Assembly: GCA_043822065.1 (NCBI GenBank)
Contig: JBDRCC010000017.1
Location: forward strand, 1-62,323
DNA length: 62,323 nucleotides
Reading direction: 5' to 3'
DNA from: an archaeon
GTDB taxonomy: Archaea; Undinarchaeota; CAZHTU01; JBDRCC01
Both the position numbers and the translations under genes were made by a program. Below are positions 1-8,756 of the stretch, piece by piece (the first letter of the stretch is position 1; every line of letters starts with the position of its first letter). The notes below the pieces were generated by a model. It did not search any database. It was not told the origin of the DNA and saw only the letters and a program-made list of their open reading frames with translations.

Positions 1-2
1 CC

Positions 3-176
3 CTTGGAGAAGTCAGGGCTGTCGAAGTCTCACTTAGATTACCAAAAGAGATGCCCGTTGATCAACAGTTTATAATCGAAGTTTTCCCCTCAGGAGATAG
101 GCATAATTCCGATGGTTATATACTGGAAGATAAAAAGCTTAAATTTACCTTTGGCGAGATATGGAACTATCATTAG
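3..176 (+). CDS. 3' end of a hypothetical protein entering from the left edge
   Basis: Open frame from position 3 (LGEVRAVEVSLRLPKEMPVDQQFIIEVFPSGD...EIWNYH) to TAG at 174-176; AT-richer than the core genes. Confidence 0.5.
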   Translation, partial: LGEVRAVEVSLRLPKEMPVDQQFIIEVFPSGDRHNSDGYILEDKKLKFTFGEIWNYH

Positions 177-194
177 TATACAATAACATAGGGG

Positions 195-422
195 GTGAGA
201 ACCATCATGGCTAAGAAAAAGTTGAGTTGTGACAAATATATTGTTTATGTCCTACCACCTAGCACGACTTTTCCGTTGATAAGAATACGAAAATGCAATG
301 CGTACGGTAAGGCAGGAGAGGAGATAGGAAAAGGGGGCTTTTCGCCCGATAATCCAGAATCCATCGGAAAGGCCATACTCGAGAATAGCAAGATTGTCAA
401 AGAGTGGAATAAGACCAGGTAG
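195..422 (+). CDS. small hypothetical protein (start may be the in-frame ATG at 207)
   Basis: 75-aa ORF with a G-rich stretch at 190-197; no recognisable family. Confidence 0.55.
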   Translation: MRTIMAKKKLSCDKYIVYVLPPSTTFPLIRIRKCNAYGKAGEEIGKGGFSPDNPESIGKAILENSKIVKEWNKTR

Positions 423-560
423 AGGGGTCATTTAAGTCAAAATAGGCTCTTTTATCAGCCGAATACGACAGTCCTATCCTATAATCCACATCAGCCGCAT
501 ACGCGACAGAACCGCATACAGAAAGCTTTATATATGTCACTACGCTAAAGTGGTATCAAG

Positions 561-2807
561 GTGAGGTCCAATATGAACAAGCTGCAAAAATGTAGAACAC
601 TCAGGATGGGCGCCATGCTCATCTTTATGCTGTTTGCCGTCTCCTTTGTTTCGGCATACCAGATAACGCAGGTCACCCCTGCGACAATTTACTCGAAGTC
701 GAATGCCGGCACTGCCAGCTCGCTTCAGATAGCAATCCTTAACAACGGCGCGACTGCATATAATGTAGGTGCTGCGCTTTTCTCAGATGACAGCCATATA
801 ATCGTGACCTCTACCCTTTACAACTTCGGGACCTTCACCGCAAATACTACTCGGACCGCAACCTTTGCAGCTTACGTAAACCCAGGCACTCCGACAGGCA
901 ACTACCCGATGCACATCTCGCTTGGTAGCCAGACGCTCAATTTCAACCTTCACGTCGAGCTGCAGGCAAGCTCAACCACCAACACATCAATTAGCCCTAC
1001 TGACTCTGACGGCGACGGGATAATCGACTCCTTGGACAACTGCCCAGGCGTCTACAACCCATCCCAGACCGACACCGACGGCGACGGAATCGGCGATGCC
1101 TGCGAGGGAACCGGTTCGACGCAGGACGACGCTGACGGCGACGGCATTGTCAACACCCAGGACAACTGCCCGAACGTGGCAAACTCAAACCAGCTTGACT
1201 CCGACGGCGACGGGAGGGGCAACGTATGCGACAACTGCCCGAACACCCCCAACCCTGGCCAGGAGGATTCCGACGGCGACGGCATAGGCAACGTATGCGA
1301 CGTTGACCAGACCGGCGGAACTGACAATGATAACGACGGCGTTGCAGACACAGACGACAACTGCCCGACAGTCTACAACCCATCCCAGACCGACACCGAC
1401 GGCGACGGAATCGGCGATGCCTGCGACCCGGTAAACGACCTGCCCGACTGCAACCCGAACTGGCAGTGCAACGAATGGACAGCATGCTCATGCTACGGCA
1501 CGCAGATAAGGACCTGCGTCGACCTGAACGGCTGCGGCACCCTTGACAACAGGCCAATCGAGTCAAGGCAGTGCACCGCGCCATCCTCGTGCAGGTACTC
1601 ATACGACGCGTGCGCTAACGACATCAGGATAGAGAATATCGCTCTCAGGGACGAGCACGACGCGGAAATCAACCCGACCGACAAGGTTAACCTCGTCGTC
1701 TACCTCAGGAGCAGGACCACGGTCACGCTCATGAACGTCAAGGCAAAGCTCCAGGAGGACCTGAAGCCCATATACGCTGATGAATCCACCTATCCATACC
1801 TCGACATAAACAGCGGCGAGGCAAGGGGTGGCTACTTCTCAATGGAGACCAAGGACGCCTCACCTGGCATGTACAGGCTCAGCATGAACCTCAAATACGT
1901 CAAGGGAACGTCGATGTGCGAGATAAACCTGCCGTTCAACATGTCAGTTGTCGGCGGCTACGGCGTAAGGGTTGACCTTGTTCCGGACTCTGCCGAGTTC
2001 CAGCCCGACGGCACGGCAACATTCAAGATAAACGTGCTCAACACCGGCGAGAGGTCTGATGTCTACGACATCACCTTCCCTGGCGGCGTCTCCAACTGGA
2101 TACAGGAGGCGGACAGGATGGTCGAGCTCGACGCGAAGGAGGCACAGGACCTCTTCGTGAAGCTCTACGTCCCGCAGGTGACCGGCTCATACGAGCTCAG
2201 CGCCAAGGCGACGTCCAAGCAGCTGTCCTCAATCTCAAACCAGGACACCTCCTACTTCAAGGTGACCAGGACCCTGGCGAAGCAGCACGCCCTCGAGCTG
2301 TCGGTTGACAGAAGGTCACTCGATATAGCGATGGGGCAGCAGGGCGAGATAAAGGTCTCAGTCCAGAACATCGGCGGGGTAAAGGACGCAGTAAACCTCA
2401 AGCTGACAGGCCCCGACTGGGCTTACCTTGCGCCGTCGACCATGGAGCTCAGCCCAGGCGAGCTGAAACAGGCTACCCTGTACCTCGCGCCTGATGCTGA
2501 CGTCAGCATGGGCACTACCGACATAGCAATCAAGGCGACGACCTTCGGCGGAGAGGCAAGCGCCTCAGAAACCGTGGCAGTCTTCGCTGCTGACCTCGCG
2601 ACCATACAGGAGAAGGCCGCAGCCGGGTCGCCGGAGAAATCCTCGCCATTCTCTGGTTTCGCAATACTTTCCGGCAAGGGGCCGGGGCTCACCGAGCTCG
2701 TCCTCCTGCAGGGGCTTGCGATAATCGGCCTCATGTACGCCCTGATAAAGCGCCATGAGCTGGCGGAGAGGCACCACAAGAAGGACCAGGCTCAGCAGCC
2801 AAAATGA
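561..2807 (+). CDS. secreted/membrane-anchored surface protein with thrombospondin type-3 Ca-binding repeats, a Cys-rich module and Ig-like (CARDB/NEW3-like) domains
   Basis: Signal peptide; repeated DxDGDG(I/V)xDxxDNCP / DxDGDGIGDAC motifs; CNPNWQCNEWTAC...RTCVDLNGC module; beta-rich NxG domains; C-terminal hydrophobic helix and basic tail. Confidence 0.85.
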   Translation: MRSNMNKLQKCRTLRMGAMLIFMLFAVSFVSAYQITQVTPATIYSKSNAGTASSLQIAILNNGATAYNVGAALFSDDSHIIVTSTLYNFGTFTANTTRTATFAAYVNPGTPTGNYPMHISLGSQTLNFNLHVELQASSTTNTSISPTDSDGDGIIDSLDNCPGVYNPSQTDTDGDGIGDACEGTGSTQDDADGDGIVNTQDNCPNVANSNQLDSDGDGRGNVCDNCPNTPNPGQEDSDGDGIGNVCDVDQTGGTDNDNDGVADTDDNCPTVYNPSQTDTDGDGIGDACDPVNDLPDCNPNWQCNEWTACSCYGTQIRTCVDLNGCGTLDNRPIESRQCTAPSSCRYSYDACANDIRIENIALRDEHDAEINPTDKVNLVVYLRSRTTVTLMNVKAKLQEDLKPIYADESTYPYLDINSGEARGGYFSMETKDASPGMYRLSMNLKYVKGTSMCEINLPFNMSVVGGYGVRVDLVPDSAEFQPDGTATFKINVLNTGERSDVYDITFPGGVSNWIQEADRMVELDAKEAQDLFVKLYVPQVTGSYELSAKATSKQLSSISNQDTSYFKVTRTLAKQHALELSVDRRSLDIAMGQQGEIKVSVQNIGGVKDAVNLKLTGPDWAYLAPSTMELSPGELKQATLYLAPDADVSMGTTDIAIKATTFGGEASASETVAVFAADLATIQEKAAAGSPEKSSPFSGFAILSGKGPGLTELVLLQGLAIIGLMYALIKRHELAERHHKKDQAQQPK
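1050..1426 (+). repeat. perfect 56-bp direct repeat (1050-1105 and 1371-1426) within the TSP3 repeats
   Basis: gtctacaacccatcccagaccgacaccgacggcgacggaatcggcgatgcctgcga occurs twice, identical. Confidence 0.9.
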
Positions 2808-4483
2808 GGTACCTCTCTCTGCTCCTTTTATTTTTTTTCGTCCCCGCAGCCGCGGCTTTTCATGTCACGTATGACTCGGTAAGCCTCTGCAGGTACTCGA
2901 CAAACTTCGTCGACGTAGTGTTCGGGGATTCTGGCTCTGGTACGGCATCCTACACGCTCCAGAAGTCCGGGGACGCTGCGGATTGGGTCACACTCTCAGA
3001 GAGCAGCTTCTCAGTCCAGGAGGGCACGCTCAAGACAGTAAAGGCATTTTTTACAATCCCTCCGGATGCGGCGTTCGGTGCGCACAGCGTTGTAATCTCT
3101 GACGGCACAGAGGAGAAGACGATAACGGTCAACGTCATGAACTGCTACGCAATAGAGCTCACTCCTGCAAAAGAGTCAGTTTCCGTCTGCCCGTTTGAGG
3201 AATACCTCCTTCCCCTCGAGGTAAGGAACACTGGAAAATACTCAGAGCTCATCTCGCTTAACGCGGAGACAAAAATTGACCCGTTTGCGATAACCGTCCT
3301 CCCCCAGTCCACCTCCACTGCATACGCAGTAATAACCGGTGTCGAAAACCCGACTACGTACAACCTTTCGATAACTGCCAAGTCCCAAGAGACTGGCGCA
3401 TCAGATAGTGCAGAGGTCCGCGTCACAGTCGAGGACTGCTACGGCGCCGAGGTGTCTGCCCCGCTTGCAGAGGTCTGCCAGGGCGAGAGGGCGCACTTTT
3501 CGTTCTCAATAACAAACACCGGCACCAGGGCGAATGAATTCCTGCTCTCCGCACCAGCAGGGCTCACCCTAAGTGCAAACAAGGCCTACGTGAAGCCAGG
3601 CCAGACCGAGCGCATTTCCTACTACCTTTCCCCAGGCTCTTCAGACGCTGGGAAATATTCGCTTGATGTCGTATTCTCAGCAGGGAAATGGAAGAAGACT
3701 GTTGCCTTCCCCGTAAACGTCAGGGACTGCACCGACTTTTCTGTGTCTGCCGGCAACTTCCAGCTCTGCCCTGGCAAGAGCCACACACTCAAGGCAAGGG
3801 TCTCGAACCTTTCGCCATATGAATACGGCTACAAAACAAGCTTGTATGATTCGCGCACTGGCTCGACCAAGTACTACAACTACATACTCCCTGCCGAAGG
3901 CTACTCTGACATTGAGTACCAGATAGACACAGCCGCCACCCAGCCGGCTGGCGAGCACACAGTCACCTTTGAGACCGGCAACGGGCACAAGGTCCTCAAG
4001 AACACAGCCAGGTACTCAACCCTGCCGTTCGATGCCTGCTATAATGTTGACGCCAAGGCAGACCGGGAGTCCTACTCCGTCGAGAAGGGCAAAGGCGAGA
4101 TGATTCAGCTCAAGATAACCAATACCGGCGCGGAGAACTCCCAGTACGAGCTTCAGGCCTACCCTGAGTTTGTCACTATTGAGCCCTCCATACTGCCAGT
4201 TGCCGCAGGCGCCTCGAAAGAGGTTCAGCTCTACGCCAGCCCGGAAATGGGCACCGAGCCCGGCCAGTACGACATCACGGTCGCAGTCACTACTGACAAA
4301 ATATCAAAATACTACGACATCCCGCTCCAGGTAACTGAAGCCGGCGAGTCCGCCGCACCGTCCGGGTTTGTGATACTTTCAGCGGATTCATCCAGAGGCT
4401 CGAGTGAAATTGGCTACGCCCTGACTGCACTGGGCATAGGAATCACTGGGATTCTTCTGTATCTGATGGTTGAGCGGAGATAG
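2804..4483 (+). CDS. surface protein with ~5 tandem Cys-linked Ig-like (NEW3-like) domains and a C-terminal TM anchor
   Basis: Signal peptide; ~95-aa repeating units linked by C(Y/T) and containing a second Cys, often with NTG; C-terminal TM helix then ERR; ATGA overlap with the upstream gene. Confidence 0.8.
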   Translation: MRYLSLLLLFFFVPAAAAFHVTYDSVSLCRYSTNFVDVVFGDSGSGTASYTLQKSGDAADWVTLSESSFSVQEGTLKTVKAFFTIPPDAAFGAHSVVISDGTEEKTITVNVMNCYAIELTPAKESVSVCPFEEYLLPLEVRNTGKYSELISLNAETKIDPFAITVLPQSTSTAYAVITGVENPTTYNLSITAKSQETGASDSAEVRVTVEDCYGAEVSAPLAEVCQGERAHFSFSITNTGTRANEFLLSAPAGLTLSANKAYVKPGQTERISYYLSPGSSDAGKYSLDVVFSAGKWKKTVAFPVNVRDCTDFSVSAGNFQLCPGKSHTLKARVSNLSPYEYGYKTSLYDSRTGSTKYYNYILPAEGYSDIEYQIDTAATQPAGEHTVTFETGNGHKVLKNTARYSTLPFDACYNVDAKADRESYSVEKGKGEMIQLKITNTGAENSQYELQAYPEFVTIEPSILPVAAGASKEVQLYASPEMGTEPGQYDITVAVTTDKISKYYDIPLQVTEAGESAAPSGFVILSADSSRGSSEIGYALTALGIGITGILLYLMVERR

Positions 4484-5450
4484 GCGTCATCGCCCTCATA
4501 ACGCCGGAATCAATTGCATAATAAGCTATGAACTTGCACTGGCGCACTATGTCCTCTGCGCTGCCCATTATCTTCGTCGCGGTCGCGGCATCGCTTTCCT
4601 TGCGGCTAAGGATATCTGTAACTACTCCGATAGGCTTGCTCATGTATTCGTCCGCCCTTTTGTAGCTCTCTATCGCAAGCCCTATGTCCTGGTTTGCGAA
4701 CGCTTTGAACGCGTCTTCGAGCAGGGTATAGATTGCGCCGCCGGTTGCGGATATCTCTTCATAGCTCTTTTTCGAAAGTACGTTCTTGCTCTGGGCTAAA
4801 ACTTTGGCTATATGCCCGACTGAGTGCGAAATGTTCTGCAGCGCCATTGCCACCAGCACCTTCGGGCGCATGTCCTCACAGCCGCCTGCTTCAGCGCCGC
4901 CGCCGTGCGCTGCCGCCTGCCTGCATATCAGGAACCTAATCCTTTCTATCGTCGTGGTTCTCTCTAAAAGGGAGTCCGTAATCGATTTGTCCCTAAAGCT
5001 CTTTGAGACGTCCTCTATCATTTCATGGCATAGGCGGTACATGCGCTTAAGCTCAGACATCATGCTCGCATCCGGCGGTGATAGGTAGCACTTGAACTCG
5101 ACCATGTTGGAGGATTCATTGACTATCTCCATGCCGCTAAGGAGCGTTATAATGTCCCAGATTGCCCTGGAGTCCTCCCTTGTGAACGGCTTGTCCGAAA
5201 TTATCCTAATCCTGTCCGCGCCGTTTATGTACGCGCTTATGACAAGCGGCTTTACGAGCATTGGGCCGGGGTAGGACAGCTCATACTGCTTTCTTTCCTC
5301 GCGCTTTTCAGTCCCTACCCTAAGGGCGCCGTCAGGCATCTCAGCAATGTCAACATAATCTGATTTGCTGAGGCGCTTCTTCCGCATCCAGTCTATGGGC
5401 AGTGAGATGACGTGGCTTGACTGTCCAAACCGTATAATCTTTCTTTTCAT
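4443..5450 (-). CDS. phoU: phosphate uptake regulator PhoU family with N-terminal AbrB/MazE DNA-binding domain
   Basis: MKRKIIRFGQSSHVISLPIDW AbrB-like start; SAYINGADRI motif; two helical PhoU-like repeats. Confidence 0.8.
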   Translation of the reverse strand: MKRKIIRFGQSSHVISLPIDWMRKKRLSKSDYVDIAEMPDGALRVGTEKREERKQYELSYPGPMLVKPLVISAYINGADRIRIISDKPFTREDSRAIWDIITLLSGMEIVNESSNMVEFKCYLSPPDASMMSELKRMYRLCHEMIEDVSKSFRDKSITDSLLERTTTIERIRFLICRQAAAHGGGAEAGGCEDMRPKVLVAMALQNISHSVGHIAKVLAQSKNVLSKKSYEEISATGGAIYTLLEDAFKAFANQDIGLAIESYKRADEYMSKPIGVVTDILSRKESDAATATKIMGSAEDIVRQCKFIAYYAIDSGVMRAMTPISAQPSDTEESQ

Positions 5451-5493
5451 AGGAGCTATATACTAAATTAAAGAAATATATATATATAAATAC

Positions 5494-5649
5494 TTAGCGC
5501 TGCCTAAGCTTGCTAGATTCCTGTTCCTTTTTCTCTGCTATAAGTATCGGGCACCGGTCTATCCGGTCTATATAGTCGCAGCCCCGCCCTATGTAGACGC
5601 AATGGTGGTCGTAATTCCCGCAGTCGTACTTGCACGGCTGGCCATACAT
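5494..5649 (-). CDS. putative 51-aa Cys/His-rich small protein
   Basis: MYGQPCKYDCGNYDHHCVYIGRGCDYIDRIDRCPILIAEKKEQESSKLRQR fills the phoU-trpS gap; TATA-like TTTAAGTA ~25 nt upstream on the minus strand. Confidence 0.55.
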   Translation of the reverse strand: MYGQPCKYDCGNYDHHCVYIGRGCDYIDRIDRCPILIAEKKEQESSKLRQR

Positions 5650-5742
5650 GCGTGTATATTGGCGTGCGCAATACTTAAACATTCCCTTCCGCCGGCTCCC
5701 TGCCTGATAAGATTTATTAAGCACTGCCCCTTTAGGGAATGC

Positions 5743-6852
5743 ATGGCATACAAGGTAACTCCCTGGGAGGTTTCCGGAGACGTTGACTACGAGAAGCTCA
5801 TCAAGGACTTCGGGACGTCCAAGCTGGGCGACCCGATACTCAAGCGCCTTGAGAAGCACACGGGCGAGCTCCACCCTTTCCTCAAGCGCGGGCTGTTCTT
5901 CTCCCACCGCGACTTTGACTGGATACTTGACAAGTACGAGAAGGGCGAGAAGTTCTACCTTTACACCGGGCGCGGGCCGTCCGGCGACACCCACATCGCC
6001 CACCTGATCCCGTGGATGTTCACAAAATGGCTCCAGGACAAGCTGGACGTCGAGCTCTACTTCCAGATAACTGACGACGAGAAGTTCCTCGTCAAGCCGA
6101 TAACATTGGACCAGACGCTCAAGTTCAGCTACGACAACGCCCTCGACCTCATAGCCCTCGGCTTCGACCCGAAGAAGACATTCGCATTCATTGACACCGA
6201 GTACGCGAAAACCCTCTACAAGATTGCGCTTGAGGTCGCGAAGCGGACGACCTTCTCGACAGCGAAGGCAGTATTCGGCTTCACGAACGAGTCCAACATC
6301 GGGATAATCTTCTTCCCAGCAATGCAGGCGGCGCCATGCTTCCTGCCGTCAGTCTTGAAGGGCAAAAACATCCCTTGCCTAATTCCCGCCGCAATCGACC
6401 AGGACCCGTACTGGAGGATAAGCCGCGACGTAGCGCCGAAGCTCGGGTACTACAAGACAGCCGCAATACACTCAAAGTTCCTGTCAGGGCTCAGCAAGGG
6501 CGGCAAAATGTCTGCCTCGGACAAGTCATCCGCGATATACACCAAGGACAAGCCGGAAGAGGTCGAATTCAAGATAAAGCGCGCGCTTACCGGCGGGAGG
6601 GACACTGTCGCAGAGCAGAAGGAGAAGGGCGGCCAGCCCGAGAAGTGCGTCGTCTACGAGTACCAATACTACCTGTTCGAGCTCGACGACAAGGCAGTCA
6701 ACGAGCGCGCAAGGCAATGCAAGTCAGGCGAGCTGATGTGCGGCGAGTGCAAGCAGAACCTAATAAAATCCATAAACAAGTTCCTTGCAAAGCACCAGGC
6801 TGAACGGGAAAAGGCAAAATCAAAAGTCGAAAAGTTCATGCTCAGGGACTAG
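5743..6852 (+). CDS. trpS: tryptophanyl-tRNA synthetase (archaeal type)
   Basis: VTPWEV start, YTGRGPS, HIAH (HIGH), AIDQDPY, KMSAS; start revised from 5602 to ATG 5743. Confidence 0.96.
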   Translation: MAYKVTPWEVSGDVDYEKLIKDFGTSKLGDPILKRLEKHTGELHPFLKRGLFFSHRDFDWILDKYEKGEKFYLYTGRGPSGDTHIAHLIPWMFTKWLQDKLDVELYFQITDDEKFLVKPITLDQTLKFSYDNALDLIALGFDPKKTFAFIDTEYAKTLYKIALEVAKRTTFSTAKAVFGFTNESNIGIIFFPAMQAAPCFLPSVLKGKNIPCLIPAAIDQDPYWRISRDVAPKLGYYKTAAIHSKFLSGLSKGGKMSASDKSSAIYTKDKPEEVEFKIKRALTGGRDTVAEQKEKGGQPEKCVVYEYQYYLFELDDKAVNERARQCKSGELMCGECKQNLIKSINKFLAKHQAEREKAKSKVEKFMLRD

Positions 6853-8756
6853 CCCCTGAAAGTTGGCCTCTTGGTAAGTTCCCTTGGCAGGCTTATTGGC
6901 CTGAACGGCATGCCTTCCGTCTCCTTAGTTATCCTCTCTGAAAGCTCCTTTGGGGACAGCTGTTCGACCTTTCCAAGCCGCCTTATCCTGGTTGCGAGCT
7001 TCTTTGACTCTATCTCCTTCTCGCCGATGACAACTATGTATGGGACCCATTCAAGCTCGGCGTCCCTGACCTTTTTGCCTATGCTTTCCGTCCTGTCGTC
7101 AATGTCAACGCGGATTCCGGACTTCTCAAGCGCGTCCGCAATCTTCGTAGTGGCGTCGTTAAACCTGTCTGCAATTGGGCACAGCCTCACCTGGGTCGGG
7201 CTGAGCCAGAGGGGAAGCTCCGGGACCTTTTTCTTGCCCTCCTCCATGCACGCCTTCTCGAGCAGGGCATACATCACGCGCTCAATCGCACCCGACGGCG
7301 AAAGGTGGAGCAGGAGCGGCCTCCTCTTTTCACCCTTCTCGTCAACGTAGGTTATGTCGTAGGTCGTAGAGTTCTCGACGTCTATCTGGTCGGTCGTCAG
7401 TGCGGAAGCCTTGTTCAGCGCGTCCACGAAGTTCAGCTCGTACTTTATTATGAAATAGAAGAACCTGTCGTCCCATGTTTCAAGGAGCGCCGGCTTGCCC
7501 CACTTATTCACCATCTTCTTCAGCAGGTCATCATTCTTCGAGTAGAAGTCCTCCACGACCCGTATCGCGAGCTCGAGGTCGTCCGGGAGATTGAGCCCGA
7601 TTTTCTTCTGGATGTTTATCGCGAGCTCCATCCGCTTCAGGTACTCCTCCTTTGCCTGCGCCTCGTCAGCGCACATTGCATGGCAGTCCGGCATGGTGAA
7701 CGTCCTCAGCCGCCTAAGCCCAGTCAGCTCGCCTGACTTCTCAAGCCTGAAAGAATACTTCGTCATCTCATAGAGCCTTAGCGGGAGGTGGCGGTAGGAA
7801 ATCGTGGCGTCGTGCGCCATCAGGAACTGTCCGAAGCACGCGGCAAACCTCAGGAAGTAGTCTTTGTTAGCGGATTTGACAATGTACTGCCTTGCAGGGA
7901 AGCGGTTTAGGTACTTCTTCAGCGTCGGGTGGTTCAGGTCGTACATTATCGGTGTCTCGACCTCCATCGCGCCGTACCTTATCATTTCGCCGGAAACCCA
8001 GTCCTCAAGGAGCTTCCGTATCAGCCTGCCCTTGGGGTAGTACCGCAGGTTGCCCTGGTCAGAGCCAGGCTCGTAGTCTGCCAGCTCGAGCTTCTGCATG
8101 GCGGCGACGTGGGGCGGCTCCCTGTCCGCGGCCCTGCTCTTCTCCATCTCATAATGGGCGAACTTCTCAAGGTTAGGGTACTTTGAAAAGTCAAATCCTG
8201 AAAGGATGCCGTTCTCAATCTTTATCGGGTGCCTTTTTCCAGAAACGTCCAGGACGTACCACTTTGAGACCAGCTTCTTTTCGTCCTTCAGCGCCTTGGA
8301 GAGCCCCGCATCCTCTGCATCCTTCTCAGTCGACCTGATAATCCTTGAAAGCTCCGCCAGCGGGTGCCCCTTGACCTTGACCTCGAACTCCTTGTACCAG
8401 CCGAAAGGCGCCTGGAGCACTTCAAAGCCCTCTGCCTTCAGGGCGCCTGCGACGCCGTTTAATATCTTCTTGGAGGAGTCCATGCTCCCCGGCTGCGAGC
8501 CGTACAGGAGGTGAACATAAGGGTAAACGAGAATCCGCTTCACTTTGACCTGGGATGCGACGCTTTTCAGGTCATCTACTGCCTTTTGAACGACCGCGCC
8601 TTCGAAGCCTTCGTCATCCTTTTCGACGGCCATCCTCACGAAGAGGCAGTCCTTCATCTCGCCGCTCTTCATGCTGTCCGGCACGTCGTCCGCGACCTTG
8701 GTCTTCTGCGTAGCCTTAAACCTGACGTAGTCGCAGTGCAGTATGAGCTCTTTCAT
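6849..8756 (-). CDS. thrS: threonyl-tRNA synthetase (archaeal, N-terminal editing domain)
   Basis: YPYVHL and APFGWYK editing-domain motifs; LRFAACFG; GLRRLRTFTMPDCH; LHLSPSGAIER. Confidence 0.96.
   Translation of the reverse strand: MKELILHCDYVRFKATQKTKVADDVPDSMKSGEMKDCLFVRMAVEKDDEGFEGAVVQKAVDDLKSVASQVKVKRILVYPYVHLLYGSQPGSMDSSKKILNGVAGALKAEGFEVLQAPFGWYKEFEVKVKGHPLAELSRIIRSTEKDAEDAGLSKALKDEKKLVSKWYVLDVSGKRHPIKIENGILSGFDFSKYPNLEKFAHYEMEKSRAADREPPHVAAMQKLELADYEPGSDQGNLRYYPKGRLIRKLLEDWVSGEMIRYGAMEVETPIMYDLNHPTLKKYLNRFPARQYIVKSANKDYFLRFAACFGQFLMAHDATISYRHLPLRLYEMTKYSFRLEKSGELTGLRRLRTFTMPDCHAMCADEAQAKEEYLKRMELAINIQKKIGLNLPDDLELAIRVVEDFYSKNDDLLKKMVNKWGKPALLETWDDRFFYFIIKYELNFVDALNKASALTTDQIDVENSTTYDITYVDEKGEKRRPLLLHLSPSGAIERVMYALLEKACMEEGKKKVPELPLWLSPTQVRLCPIADRFNDATTKIADALEKSGIRVDIDDRTESIGKKVRDAELEWVPYIVVIGEKEIESKKLATRIRRLGKVEQLSPKELSERITKETEGMPFRPISLPRELTKRPTFRG

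Noticed and set aside
1000-1430. Repeats considered as a CRISPR array
   Set aside because: In-frame coding TSP3 repeats with codon-level variation; no spacer structure and no cas genes
5602-5742. Long N-terminal extensions in the ORF track (trpS; also the mutase to 39559, epimerase from 41716, NhaP to 45682, malic enzyme to 58359)
   Set aside because: They run through promoters or into divergent genes; family-typical starts lie downstream
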